A stretch of 57,596 nt of DNA from Pseudobdellovibrionaceae bacterium (GTDB lineage: Bacteria; Bdellovibrionota_B; Oligoflexia; Oligoflexales; Bog-1112): the NCBI GenBank assembly GCA_002711925.1, contig PASJ01000001.1, positions 1-57,596 of the forward strand, in the 5' to 3' direction. Position numbers and translations under genes: made by a program. The notes under the pieces were generated by a model that saw nothing but the letters and a program-made list of their open reading frames with translations, was not told the origin of the DNA and made no database searches. Each line of letters starts with the position of its first letter. Within the stretch, counting starts at the first letter, position 1. Below are positions 1-9,751 of this stretch, in pieces.

Positions 1-307
1 TTTCAACATATTTTTGAACAAGCTGTAGAGAAAGATGCTTCAAAACTCCGTATTCAAGAACAAAAGCCCCTCCGGTAGCTTTGAGAGTCATTCCGGTGGA
101 GACTTCTTCACCATCCTTATCGAAACTTTTTGTGTTACCAAGAGTACTTGAACCAACAAGACGAGCTCGCATAACCTTGGGCGGCAAGGTTAAGCCATCT
201 CCTGCTGCGGTTGGAAGTGCTTTAGTTTTTTTAACCGGCTCTTCAGCAAAAGCAAAAGCCCCAAAAAGGCTTAACATACTGGAAATCACAATAATTTTAA
301 TTTTCAT
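1..307 (-). CDS. Exported protein, probably outer-membrane beta-barrel (3'-truncated by window edge)
   Basis: Not in the ORF track; my translation from ATG 307 is MKIKIIVISSMLSLFGAFAFA-EEPVKK...GGAFVLEYGVLKHLSLQLVQKYVE, open to base 1. Signal peptide ending AFA, GAAGGG RBS, alternating beta-strand pattern. Confidence 0.7.
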   Translation of the reverse strand, partial: MKIKIIVISSMLSLFGAFAFAEEPVKKTKALPTAAGDGLTLPPKVMRARLVGSSTLGNTKSFDKDGEEVSTGMTLKATGGAFVLEYGVLKHLSLQLVQKYVE

Positions 308-469
308 AAAAAACCCTTCAGTTTTAAATTTTTGTGCTTTAAATTAAATAAAAAATAAACTCCACAAAAAACACCAAGATTTTGCGTTTGCTATAAAACA
401 ATAAAGGATAAGGAAAAGTCAAATAAAAAAACGTTTAAAGCATTGATTTTTCTTACTTCTCTTGATTTT

Positions 470-1660
470 TTAGTCCATACCATCATTTTCATCTTGTAAA
501 TCGACCACCCAAGAAACGGGCTTTTTAAGATAAGAAGGTATTTTTGTTGTAGAGTCGCCGCGTGTTTTGTCGAGCATTTTTTGTGTTAAACCTTTAACAA
601 GCCTTAAATCCGTACCCCTCATTCGAGCCCCTTTTATGTTGGCATCACTCAGGTCGGCATAGGCAAGCTTTGCAAAATCAAGGTTTGTATTTCGCATGTA
701 GGCTCTTTCCAGCTTTGCCCCTATAAGATTAGATTCTTTTAAGTATGCATCTTTCAACTGAGCATGACTTAAATCAGCAAAAGATAAATCTGCCTCTAAA
801 AGATAGCTTTCGTTTAAAATAGCTCCTTGTAAGTTTGCTCTTTGAAGGTCTGCTTTCCAAAGTTGACTTTTCAAAAGATTGGCATACTGCAAACTAGACT
901 CCTTAAGGTTGGCACGCCAAAGCTTCGCTTCTTGTAGATCTGACTCTTCTAGATTAGCTTTTTCTAAAAAATGTTCCGTTAAATTACAGTGGTAGAGATT
1001 CTCATTTTTTAAAAAAAGGGGCCTTAACAACTGATGGGAAGGTAAATGAGAGAAGTAAAAGAGTGTCACCAAACAAAAAATAAGTAAGGAACAAAGGGCA
1101 ATGTTATATATAACCATCGGCCCTTCTTTAGATCGCTTCAAAAAAATTAAATGTCCTAATGTCATAAACAAAGTAACAACAGCCATCTTATTCCCCCAAT
1201 TTGGAAGAGCAGCAGACTTTATAACAAAAAAAACCATAGCAAATGGAATCATTAAATATAAAATAATAAGCTTCATACTGTCTAAAAAATGATGATCATG
1301 GAATGATAAAATAGGGACTTTTGTCATTTTTCTCTTTGACATGACACGCTCAAGAAGCTTCCAGTGCTCATAATAAATCTGCAAATAAATTCTTAGTATT
1401 AGAAGAATGATTGGACCAACTACAATAAAAAGCTGGAAAGATATGTAACCAAGACGAAAAGGAAGCGCTAAAGCCGATGTGATCAAAAGATCTTTATCTG
1501 AAGAATCTAGCATCGTATGAATGCAAAAAAAACAAAGAATCGTCATCAATGTCATGATCTTTCGAAACGTTTCCCCCGTCTTTGAATAAGCCTCAATAAT
1601 CTTGTCTTCTCTTGTGCAATAAACTTTTTTTATACGAAAAAAATCGATGCTTTTAGCCAT
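470..1660 (-). CDS. Membrane protein with C-terminal pentapeptide repeats
   Basis: About 5 hydrophobic helices in the N-half, then a long run of A(N/D)Lxx repeats (ANLEE SDLQE AKLWR ANLKE ...). Confidence 0.85.
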   Translation of the reverse strand: MAKSIDFFRIKKVYCTREDKIIEAYSKTGETFRKIMTLMTILCFFCIHTMLDSSDKDLLITSALALPFRLGYISFQLFIVVGPIILLILRIYLQIYYEHWKLLERVMSKRKMTKVPILSFHDHHFLDSMKLIILYLMIPFAMVFFVIKSAALPNWGNKMAVVTLFMTLGHLIFLKRSKEGPMVIYNIALCSLLIFCLVTLFYFSHLPSHQLLRPLFLKNENLYHCNLTEHFLEKANLEESDLQEAKLWRANLKESSLQYANLLKSQLWKADLQRANLQGAILNESYLLEADLSFADLSHAQLKDAYLKESNLIGAKLERAYMRNTNLDFAKLAYADLSDANIKGARMRGTDLRLVKGLTQKMLDKTRGDSTTKIPSYLKKPVSWVVDLQDENDGMD

Positions 1661-2240
1661 TACCTAAAAAAAACCTTTCTATTCCAACACACTTTATAGT
1701 GCATAGTGATCCTTCTAAATAATTTTTTCAAGAAGTTTAGAGTCATCATTTTTTACCTTTTGTTTGCAACAAGCAATTGGATTAAAAAAATTGCCTATTA
1801 AAGTAGATAGTGCCTAGCTAAGTTTTTTCTAAAAACAATAGTAAAATATTATTAAACAAAAAATTTATTTCTGTTTCTCTAGAATAACAACTACTTGTAA
1901 TAATAATTTTAGAAAATACAAAAAAAAATTTTAGAGCAATTTCAAATTAACTACATGATTTTTAATAATTGATACTTTGCTTGAAAAAAAAAAATCCTAT
2001 AAAAATAATCTTTATATGCTCTATTTAGGTGGGTGCTATATATAAAAAAAAAATACACCTAGCTATTGAGTTTTAAGTCCAGTGATGAAAAAATATGGCT
2101 GAATTATTTAACAACTATTTTTTTTAGAGATTATGTAGAGAAAAAAAATTGAAATAAAACCGATTATAGATAAATGCTTACCATGTTTTTAATAATTATA
2201 TAAAGTATTTATTAGTAACGAGCTTACGTAGGAAGACAAT

Positions 2241-3476
2241 ATGACGACAGAAATAAAAATACCTTCAGTTGGAGAAAGTATACAAGAGGGAATGATCGAA
2301 GCATGGCACAAAAACAATGGCGATTGGGTTGAAGTGGATGACGTTCTGCTTGAACTTGAAACAGATAAGGCCACAGTAGAAGTTGTTGCAGAAAGTGCAG
2401 GAGTTTTAGAAATAGCAAAAGAAGAAGGCTCGGTTGTCAAAGTAGGCGAGCTCGTTGGAATCATCTCACAAAAAAACAAAAGACCTGAAGCAATCAAACA
2501 ACAAGAAATAAAATCACCAGACAACTCAACAGAAGAAAAGAAACACCAGAAAGAACTTTTTTCCCATCAAAAGGAAAATAATGGTCCTGCAGTTCGAAGA
2601 CTTCTAGAAGAAAATCAAGTGGACACAGCGAATATTCCTGCCACAGGCTTAAACAATAGAATTACCAAAAATGATGTACTACAAGTTCTATCAGCTGACT
2701 CCTCACCAAGCTCACAAGCCATTGAAAAACCACAATTAGAACACCAAAAAGAAAATAAAGTTGCTGATACTGGACGCCTCTCAACTCGAACACCGATGTC
2801 AATGATTAGGAGAAGAATTTCAGAAAGACTATTAGCGGCACAAAGCGAATCAGCAATTCTGACAACTTTCAACGAAGTTGATATGACAGCCATCAATGAG
2901 ATGAGAGCTAAATACAAAGAACACTTTCACAAACGATACCAAGTAAAACTTGGATTTATGGGCTTTTTTCTCAAAGCCTCAGTTGCTGCATTAGAAGAAT
3001 ATACCCTTGTAAATTCTTATATCGAGAAACACGAAATTGTTTCTCATAACTATTGTGATATCGGGGTAGCTGTTTCTACGGAGAAGGGACTGATGGTTCC
3101 CATTATACGTAATGTTGAAAAACTTTCCATCGTTCAAATTGAAGAACAAATTACTTTATTCTCTGAGAAAGCTCGAAATAACAAAATTACCCTTGATGAT
3201 CTAAAAGGTGGTACCTTTACTGTTTCAAACGGAGGAATTTTTGGCTCTCTCATGTCAACACCAATCCTCAACCCCCCACAATCAGCTATTTTAGGTATGC
3301 ATAAGGTTCAAATGAGACCGGTTGTAAGCCCAGAAGGAGCTATTGAGGCTAAACCTATGATGTATTTGGCCCTTTCTTATGATCATAGAATTATTGATGG
3401 CAAAGAAGCTGTCGGGTTTCTCAAAAAAATAAAAGAATGCTTAGAAGATCCATGTCGCTTAATTATTGGAGTTTAA
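2241..3476 (+). CDS. sucB: 2-oxoglutarate dehydrogenase E2, dihydrolipoyl succinyltransferase
   Basis: Lipoyl domain (ELETDKATVEV), E3-binding domain (GPAVRRLLEE), catalytic LALSYDHRIIDG. Confidence 0.97.
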   Translation: MTTEIKIPSVGESIQEGMIEAWHKNNGDWVEVDDVLLELETDKATVEVVAESAGVLEIAKEEGSVVKVGELVGIISQKNKRPEAIKQQEIKSPDNSTEEKKHQKELFSHQKENNGPAVRRLLEENQVDTANIPATGLNNRITKNDVLQVLSADSSPSSQAIEKPQLEHQKENKVADTGRLSTRTPMSMIRRRISERLLAAQSESAILTTFNEVDMTAINEMRAKYKEHFHKRYQVKLGFMGFFLKASVAALEEYTLVNSYIEKHEIVSHNYCDIGVAVSTEKGLMVPIIRNVEKLSIVQIEEQITLFSEKARNNKITLDDLKGGTFTVSNGGIFGSLMSTPILNPPQSAILGMHKVQMRPVVSPEGAIEAKPMMYLALSYDHRIIDGKEAVGFLKKIKECLEDPCRLIIGV

Positions 3477-3479
3477 GGA

Positions 3480-4877
3480 ATGAACGCAGAAAACTTTGAA
3501 TTTGATGTTATCGTTATCGGGTCAGGGCCAGGGGGATATGTTTGTGCCATTCGCTGTGCTCAAAATGGACTTAAAACAGCATGTGTAGAGCAAGATAAAA
3601 CCTTAGGTGGCACATGTTTAAACGTTGGTTGTATACCAAGTAAAGCACTACTTGAATCTAGCCACAAATACCACTCCATAAAACATGAAGCAAAAGACCA
3701 TGGCATCAAGATAAAAGAAGCACAATTTGATTTAAATCAAATGATGCAAAGAAAAAGTAAAATCGTAACAAATATGAATAATGGAGTTACTTATCTTTTT
3801 AAAAAAAACAACATTAAAACCCTAATCGGCAAAGCATCCTTTGCTGATAAAAACAAAATCATTGTCAACAACAAAGAGTATACTGCAAAAAACTTTGTGA
3901 TTGCTTCGGGCAGTCTTCCTATTGAAATTCCTTGTGCAAAGTTCGATCATAACATTATTGTTGATTCAACTGATGCACTAGGATTTGAAGAAGTTCCAAA
4001 AAAACTAATTGTTGTTGGAGCCGGTGCTATAGGTCTCGAGCTTGGTAGTGTTTGGAGTCGTTTAGGATCTGAAGTGACGGTAATTGAAGCCATGGATACT
4101 ATTCTACCAGGAGTTGACCGCGATGTTTCGGATCGTCTCAGAAAAATTTTAGAAAAACAAGGAGTGACCTTTAGGCTTTCCTGCTCGGTAACCTCAAGTA
4201 AAGTCACACCCAAAGGGGGAAGTGTAAGCTGCCTAGAAAATAATGAAGAACTTACATTTACAGGTGATAAAATTCTAGTTGCCGTTGGAAGAAAACCATT
4301 TACAGAAGGCTTAGGCATAGAAAAAATCGAACTGGACCAAGATAAAAAAACAAAAGCTATAATCGTAAATGAAAAGTGGCAAACGTCACAAAATCACATT
4401 TATGCCATTGGTGATGTTATAAAAGGACCAATGTTAGCCCACAAAGCATCTGAAGAAGGAATGGCTGTTGCTGATGCTATAGCAGACAAATACGCACACG
4501 TGAATTATCGTGCTATTCCTAATATTATATACACATGGCCAGAAGTAGCATGCTTAGGTTTAAATGAGCAAGAATGCAAACAACAAAATATTGATTATAA
4601 GATTGGAAAATTTTTATTTAAAGCTAATGGTAGGGCTCAAGCAATGGGTGAAACCGACGGGCTTATTAAAATTATTTCGGATAAAAAATCAGACAAAATA
4701 GTGGGCTTTCATATATTAGGAGCTAGTGCATCAGAGTTGATAGGTGAGGCAGTTGTTGCTTTTGAATATGGAGCAAGTAGCGAAGATCTGGCGCGTAGTG
4801 TCCATGCTCACCCCACTCTTTCTGAGGTTATAAAAGAGGCTGCTTTGAGTGTATATTCACAAGCTATTCATAGCTAA
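3480..4877 (+). CDS. lpdA: Dihydrolipoyl dehydrogenase (E3)
   Basis: GSGPGG FAD motif, GGTCLNVGCIPSK redox disulfide, C-terminal HAHPTLSE. Confidence 0.98.
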   Translation: MNAENFEFDVIVIGSGPGGYVCAIRCAQNGLKTACVEQDKTLGGTCLNVGCIPSKALLESSHKYHSIKHEAKDHGIKIKEAQFDLNQMMQRKSKIVTNMNNGVTYLFKKNNIKTLIGKASFADKNKIIVNNKEYTAKNFVIASGSLPIEIPCAKFDHNIIVDSTDALGFEEVPKKLIVVGAGAIGLELGSVWSRLGSEVTVIEAMDTILPGVDRDVSDRLRKILEKQGVTFRLSCSVTSSKVTPKGGSVSCLENNEELTFTGDKILVAVGRKPFTEGLGIEKIELDQDKKTKAIIVNEKWQTSQNHIYAIGDVIKGPMLAHKASEEGMAVADAIADKYAHVNYRAIPNIIYTWPEVACLGLNEQECKQQNIDYKIGKFLFKANGRAQAMGETDGLIKIISDKKSDKIVGFHILGASASELIGEAVVAFEYGASSEDLARSVHAHPTLSEVIKEAALSVYSQAIHS

Positions 4878-4928
4878 AAAAAAAGCTACTTTCGGTATTC
4901 ATTGATGACTTAATGGAGTTTGTTAGAC

Positions 4929-7742
4929 ATGTCAGAAAAATACAGTTATGCTCACGGGAATCATATAAAATATATTGAAACCATGTATGAGCAATATAAA
5001 AAATCTCCAGAAGCAGTTGACAAAAGCTGGAAGGATTTTTTTGAAGGATATGAATTTGCTTTAGCAACCAGTGAAGACTTCAAACTAAGCCCTAAACCAT
5101 TGTCTAAGCAAGAAACTGAAGCACAAGCACAAACAAGCAAAGACAATGCAAAAATTGAGTCACTTATCAATGTTTTCCGAAGAATTGGTCATTTGTCAGC
5201 ACAAACTGATCCTCTTAACGACAATAAGCAACTTTACCATGAAGACTTATCACCTGAAAAAAATGGACTACAACATGTAGCAAATGACCAAGTTTTTCAT
5301 CCATCAAATTTTGGTTCCGAGTCGATTTCTTACGAAAACATACTCAAGATGTTGAAAAAAACCTACACGTCCTATATTGGTGCAGACTTTCGTGAATTGA
5401 ACAATGTTGAAATGGTACTGTGGCTTCAAAAAAAAATGGAGTCTTGTCAAAACAGCCCTGAAATATCAGAAGACTCAAAAAAAAGAGCTCTTGAAAAATT
5501 AGCTCAAGCTGAGATTTTCGAAAATTTTTTGCAAACAAAATATCTTGGCCAAAAGCGCTTCTCTGTTGAAGGACTCGAATCTTTAATTCCTCTTCTTGAC
5601 ACTATCTTAAATGAGTCAGCTAACAAAGATGTTGAAGAAGTCAATATTGGCATGGCGCACAGGGGACGTCTAAATGTTTTAACCAATATTTTAGAAAAGC
5701 CTTACGAAGAAATGCTTATAGAGTTTGAAGAAAGTGACTTTAATCCTTTCGACATCGACGGCGATGTGAAGTATCATATGGGTTATGCAAATACAATAAA
5801 AACAAAAGATAATAGAAAACTAAGACTATATCTTTCGCCAAACCCGAGTCACCTAGAAGCCGTTAACCCTGTTGTTGAGGGTTTCAGTAAATGTCGACAG
5901 CAAAGCCATGGTGGAGCAGATAAAATACTTCCCATTTTGCTCCACGGAGATGCTGCATTTATAGGACAAGGTATCGTTGCTGAAACACTAAACTTATCCC
6001 AATTAAAAAACTATAGCACAGGTGGGACAATACATATTATTACAAATAACCAGATTGGATTTACAACAAATCCAGAAGACTCGAAATCATGTAGTTATAG
6101 CTCCGACATTGCTAAAGCCATAAGAGCACCAGTTCTCCATGTCAATTCAGACAAACCTGAATCTGTTATCTGGGTTGCGAAGATTTGTTCAGATTTTCGA
6201 AAAAAATTCAAACACGATATTGTTATTGATCTTGTAGGTTATCGACGTTATGGTCACAATGAAACAGATGAACCGAAATTTACTCAACCTAAACTATACA
6301 AAAAAATTTCTCAACACCCCTCCGTATTCAAAAGCTACAGCTCATATTTAATAAATTCTAACATAATCCAAGAACATGAACTTGAATCTTTATCACAAAA
6401 AATAAAAGACAAACTACAAAAAGCTTATACTAATGTACATGGAAAAAAAAGAAAGCTCTCTATCAATAAAAAAATTCCAAAAGAGCTACAATCAATCTTT
6501 GATTATGAAAAAGTATCTCGAGCAGACTTGTCTATGAAAATTAAAACATCATGCTCGCATACAGATCTTGTTTATGTTGCAAAACAATTGACAAGTTACC
6601 CGAAAGATTTCACCCCGAACCCTAAACTAAAAAAACTTCTTAAAAATAGACTTTTAATGGTTGAAAATAAAGAAAGTCAAGTAATTGACTGGGCTTTTGC
6701 TGAACTTTTAGCTTTTGGTACTCTAGCAAAAGACGGTTTCTCCATCAGGCTGTCTGGACAAGACTGCATGAGAGGAACATTTAGTAGCCGTCACGGAGTT
6801 TTCTTTGATTTCAATACCGGAAAAGACTACGAGCCTTTTAGTCAAATAAGCCCAGGATCAGTGAATATAATTAATAGTCCATTAAGTGAGCTAGCTTGTC
6901 TTGGCTTTGAATTTGGGTACTCCGTTGCAAGTGAAAGATCACTTGTTTTGTGGGAAGCGCAATTTGGTGATTTTGTAAATGGAGCACAGATCATCATCGA
7001 TCAGTTTATTGTTGCTTCTGAAGCAAAGTGGAATCAAACAAGTAACATCGTCCTTCTTTTACCGCACGGGCATGAAGGTATGGGACCAGAACACTCAAGC
7101 GCACGCCCGGAGCGTTTTTTACAAACATGCGGTAACCTCAATATTCAAGTTTGCATTCCAACAACTCCAAGTCAATATTTTCATCTTCTACGTCGACAAA
7201 TGCTACGTAATTTTAAGAAACCACTTGTGGTTATGACTCCCAAGAGCTTATTGAGACATCCTGAAGTCACTTCTAAGGTAGAAAACTTGAGTAAGGATAC
7301 CTTCATGGAAGTGCTAGACGACCCTGGTGTAAAAGATAAAAAATCTGTTACAAATATTCTTTTATGTAGTGGAAAAATTTATTATGAACTTTTAGAGAGA
7401 AAAAGCAAAAAAGATGTAAACACATTAAATACTGCTCTTATGAGAGTGGAGCAGCTCTACCCTTTTCCAACAGTAGAACTTAACAAAGTACTAAAATCAT
7501 ATCCAAATGTCACACAGTTTAAGTGGATACAAGAAGAGCCTCAGAATATGGGAGCTTGGAATTTTGTTCAACCTAGATTACAAAAAATAATCTCTGAAAC
7601 ATGTTCTCTTGAATATGTTGGACGTAAACACTCAGGAACCACAGCGGAAGGAACCGGAAAAGCCCACAAGTTAGAGCAACAAAGAATTGTGGAAGAATCT
7701 TTTAATTTTGTTTGTGCTTGGGACCCTGAAAAAACAAACTAG
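4929..7742 (+). CDS. sucA: 2-oxoglutarate dehydrogenase E1
   Basis: GMAHRGRLN, GDVKYHMG, HGDAAF TPP motif, WEAQFGDF, GPEHSSAR. ATG 4929 preferred to TTG 4920 on RBS spacing. Confidence 0.97.
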   Translation: MSEKYSYAHGNHIKYIETMYEQYKKSPEAVDKSWKDFFEGYEFALATSEDFKLSPKPLSKQETEAQAQTSKDNAKIESLINVFRRIGHLSAQTDPLNDNKQLYHEDLSPEKNGLQHVANDQVFHPSNFGSESISYENILKMLKKTYTSYIGADFRELNNVEMVLWLQKKMESCQNSPEISEDSKKRALEKLAQAEIFENFLQTKYLGQKRFSVEGLESLIPLLDTILNESANKDVEEVNIGMAHRGRLNVLTNILEKPYEEMLIEFEESDFNPFDIDGDVKYHMGYANTIKTKDNRKLRLYLSPNPSHLEAVNPVVEGFSKCRQQSHGGADKILPILLHGDAAFIGQGIVAETLNLSQLKNYSTGGTIHIITNNQIGFTTNPEDSKSCSYSSDIAKAIRAPVLHVNSDKPESVIWVAKICSDFRKKFKHDIVIDLVGYRRYGHNETDEPKFTQPKLYKKISQHPSVFKSYSSYLINSNIIQEHELESLSQKIKDKLQKAYTNVHGKKRKLSINKKIPKELQSIFDYEKVSRADLSMKIKTSCSHTDLVYVAKQLTSYPKDFTPNPKLKKLLKNRLLMVENKESQVIDWAFAELLAFGTLAKDGFSIRLSGQDCMRGTFSSRHGVFFDFNTGKDYEPFSQISPGSVNIINSPLSELACLGFEFGYSVASERSLVLWEAQFGDFVNGAQIIIDQFIVASEAKWNQTSNIVLLLPHGHEGMGPEHSSARPERFLQTCGNLNIQVCIPTTPSQYFHLLRRQMLRNFKKPLVVMTPKSLLRHPEVTSKVENLSKDTFMEVLDDPGVKDKKSVTNILLCSGKIYYELLERKSKKDVNTLNTALMRVEQLYPFPTVELNKVLKSYPNVTQFKWIQEEPQNMGAWNFVQPRLQKIISETCSLEYVGRKHSGTTAEGTGKAHKLEQQRIVEESFNFVCAWDPEKTN

Positions 7743-9316
7743 TCTTTTTTACTAATCCTTGATGCTAGAAGCTCACCAAAAGATCCAATATAAGATGAAT
7801 TATCAGTTGTTTCTGAAGTTTTGGAAGCTTCTTTTTCTGCTGTGGATTTTAAATACTCTTGATAATCTTTACTAACTTCCTCGTCTTCATCAAGATTTGG
7901 TAAGGTCAAAAGTATCTTCCTGTTTTGCTGATCTATCTCACTAATTTTTACTGCTAGAATGTTAGGAGGACTTGATTTTTTTCTATAAGAATGACCAAAA
8001 GCTTTCTTTAGTGTCCCTGTTGGCAACAAACCTGTGACACCTTCTTTTAGTTCGACTATAGCACCAAAATTTTTTAAACGCTCAATTTTACCCTCATGCT
8101 CAGTGCCTTTAGGATACTCAAAGGTAATCTTAGCCCAGGGATCATCATCTATTGCTTTTAGGGTTAAGGATAACCTTTTCTTGTCTTGATCTATGTTCAA
8201 AAGTCTAATACGAACCATGTCACCGATTTTTAAAACATCTTCTGCTTTATTGATCTTTTTGGTCCAAGACATCTCAGATAAATGTAAGAGTCCTTCAACC
8301 CCTTCTGCAAGTTCAATAAAAGCTCCAAACTTTGCATACTTAACAACTTTTCCTTGGTAGGACTCACCTACTTCGTAAGATTCATGGATAGTGTGCCAAG
8401 GGTCCGGATCTACTGACTTCATACTTAAAGAAACGCGCGGAGCAAGGCCTTTTCTAGACTCCTCAACAGCTAACAAACAAACGCGTATTTTCTGACCCAC
8501 AGACAAAACATCAGCAATATTATCACAATGACCATAACGTACTTGCGAAACATGAAGAAATCCTATCACGCCTCCAACATCAACCAGAGCACCAAAGGGT
8601 TCTTTTAGCTGAACAACTACTCCTTCTACGATAATCTTGTCTTCTTCTTCAAGTCGTTCTTCTAGCTTTTTGATAATAGTTAGCGCTTTCTCCTTTTGAA
8701 GCAATGCCCTTGAAACAACTATTTTAGATTGACTAAAATCTTGAATCAAAAAGTCAAACTGCTTGCCAACAAAAACACCTGGATGCTCCACATAATTTTG
8801 ATCAATTTGTGAAATAGGGCAGAAAGCCGACTTGCCCATAAGAATAATATTGTATCCACCTTTATTCAAAGAGCCAACCTTACCTTTCACCGGCACACGA
8901 TTCTCGTAAGCTGTTCTAAGTGAATTTTCCTGTGCAATTTTGTGTGAAAGAGAGTTACTAAGAGTTATTTCACCGTTTGAAACACTGATAACAAAAGCTT
9001 CTATGGTATCTCCCACTCTATATTTTAAAACTCCTTTGTCATCGCATAAATCTTTTTTACTAATTGATGCTGGCTCTTTCGACCCACAGTCAAGCAAAAT
9101 ATCATCACCTCTGTCATTAAGACTAATGATAAAAGCCTGGACCTTTTCACCAAGTCGAGGGGTTTTCTTGAGAACAACTTCCCCCTCTTCTTTCAATAAG
9201 GAAGTAAACTCATCGTCAGACCTGTGCTTGTCTTTTAAACTTGAATCCATCTCTTGATCAAACTCTTCGCTTGAGTCATGCCATTCAATGCTAGATTTAA
9301 TTTTGTTGTCTGTCAT
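7739..9316 (-). CDS. rpsA: 30S ribosomal protein S1 or S1-like paralogue (multiple S1 domains)
   Basis: Repeated S1/OB domains (FGAFIELAEGVEGLLHLSEMSW, FGALVDVGGVIGFLHVSQ, DPW linkers). Confidence 0.8.
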   Translation of the reverse strand: MTDNKIKSSIEWHDSSEEFDQEMDSSLKDKHRSDDEFTSLLKEEGEVVLKKTPRLGEKVQAFIISLNDRGDDILLDCGSKEPASISKKDLCDDKGVLKYRVGDTIEAFVISVSNGEITLSNSLSHKIAQENSLRTAYENRVPVKGKVGSLNKGGYNIILMGKSAFCPISQIDQNYVEHPGVFVGKQFDFLIQDFSQSKIVVSRALLQKEKALTIIKKLEERLEEEDKIIVEGVVVQLKEPFGALVDVGGVIGFLHVSQVRYGHCDNIADVLSVGQKIRVCLLAVEESRKGLAPRVSLSMKSVDPDPWHTIHESYEVGESYQGKVVKYAKFGAFIELAEGVEGLLHLSEMSWTKKINKAEDVLKIGDMVRIRLLNIDQDKKRLSLTLKAIDDDPWAKITFEYPKGTEHEGKIERLKNFGAIVELKEGVTGLLPTGTLKKAFGHSYRKKSSPPNILAVKISEIDQQNRKILLTLPNLDEDEEVSKDYQEYLKSTAEKEASKTSETTDNSSYIGSFGELLASRISKKD

Positions 9317-9479
9317 CTCTTTAAACCACCTATTGTTTCATAAACTCTTCACAAATAAAACAATTTGAATATAACCCCCCACTTTAAATCTGTATAATAG
9401 AAAATTTTTGTGGAGATTATAAGATTATTTTATATTAAGATTTTTGGGTTAGGTTTTCTCATTTTTTTACGAGCTTGAA

Positions 9480-9569
9480 TGGCGGAGAGTGAGGGATTCG
9501 AACCCTCGATACAGTTTCCCATATACTCGCTTTCCAAGCGAGCGCTTTCGGCCACTCAGCCAACTCTCC
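9480..9569 (-). tRNA. tRNA-Ser (anticodon GGA)
   Basis: Reverse complement GGAGAGTTGGCTGAGTGGCCGAAAGCG-CTCGC-TTGGAAA-GCGAG, long variable arm, GGGTTCGAATCCC, ACTCTCCGCCA with encoded CCA. Confidence 0.97.
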
Positions 9570-9751
9570 GCAGGATTTTATTGCTATAAATTTAACAATA
9601 AAAAGCTCATCTCTTATAAGCCCTTTCAAGGCATTTGTAAATATTATCTCTTATTGTTTAATTTTCCCCATTAATTATAATTAGTTAAGTAAAAAGGGAG
9701 AACGCGCCATGGAGTACAAATTATTAACTTTATAAAAAGAGGCCATACAGT

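Noticed and set aside
81-347. 88-aa plus-strand ORF
   Set aside because: Antisense to a better minus-strand gene (307 to 1) that has an RBS and signal peptide.
9489-9674. 61-aa ORF MRDSNPRYSFPYTRFPSERFRPLSQLS
   Set aside because: Classic antisense shadow of the tRNA-Ser gene.
9709-9735. Leader peptide MEYKLLTL upstream of ggt (GGGAG RBS)
   Set aside because: No regulatory codon run or attenuator hairpin; such micro-ORFs arise by chance.
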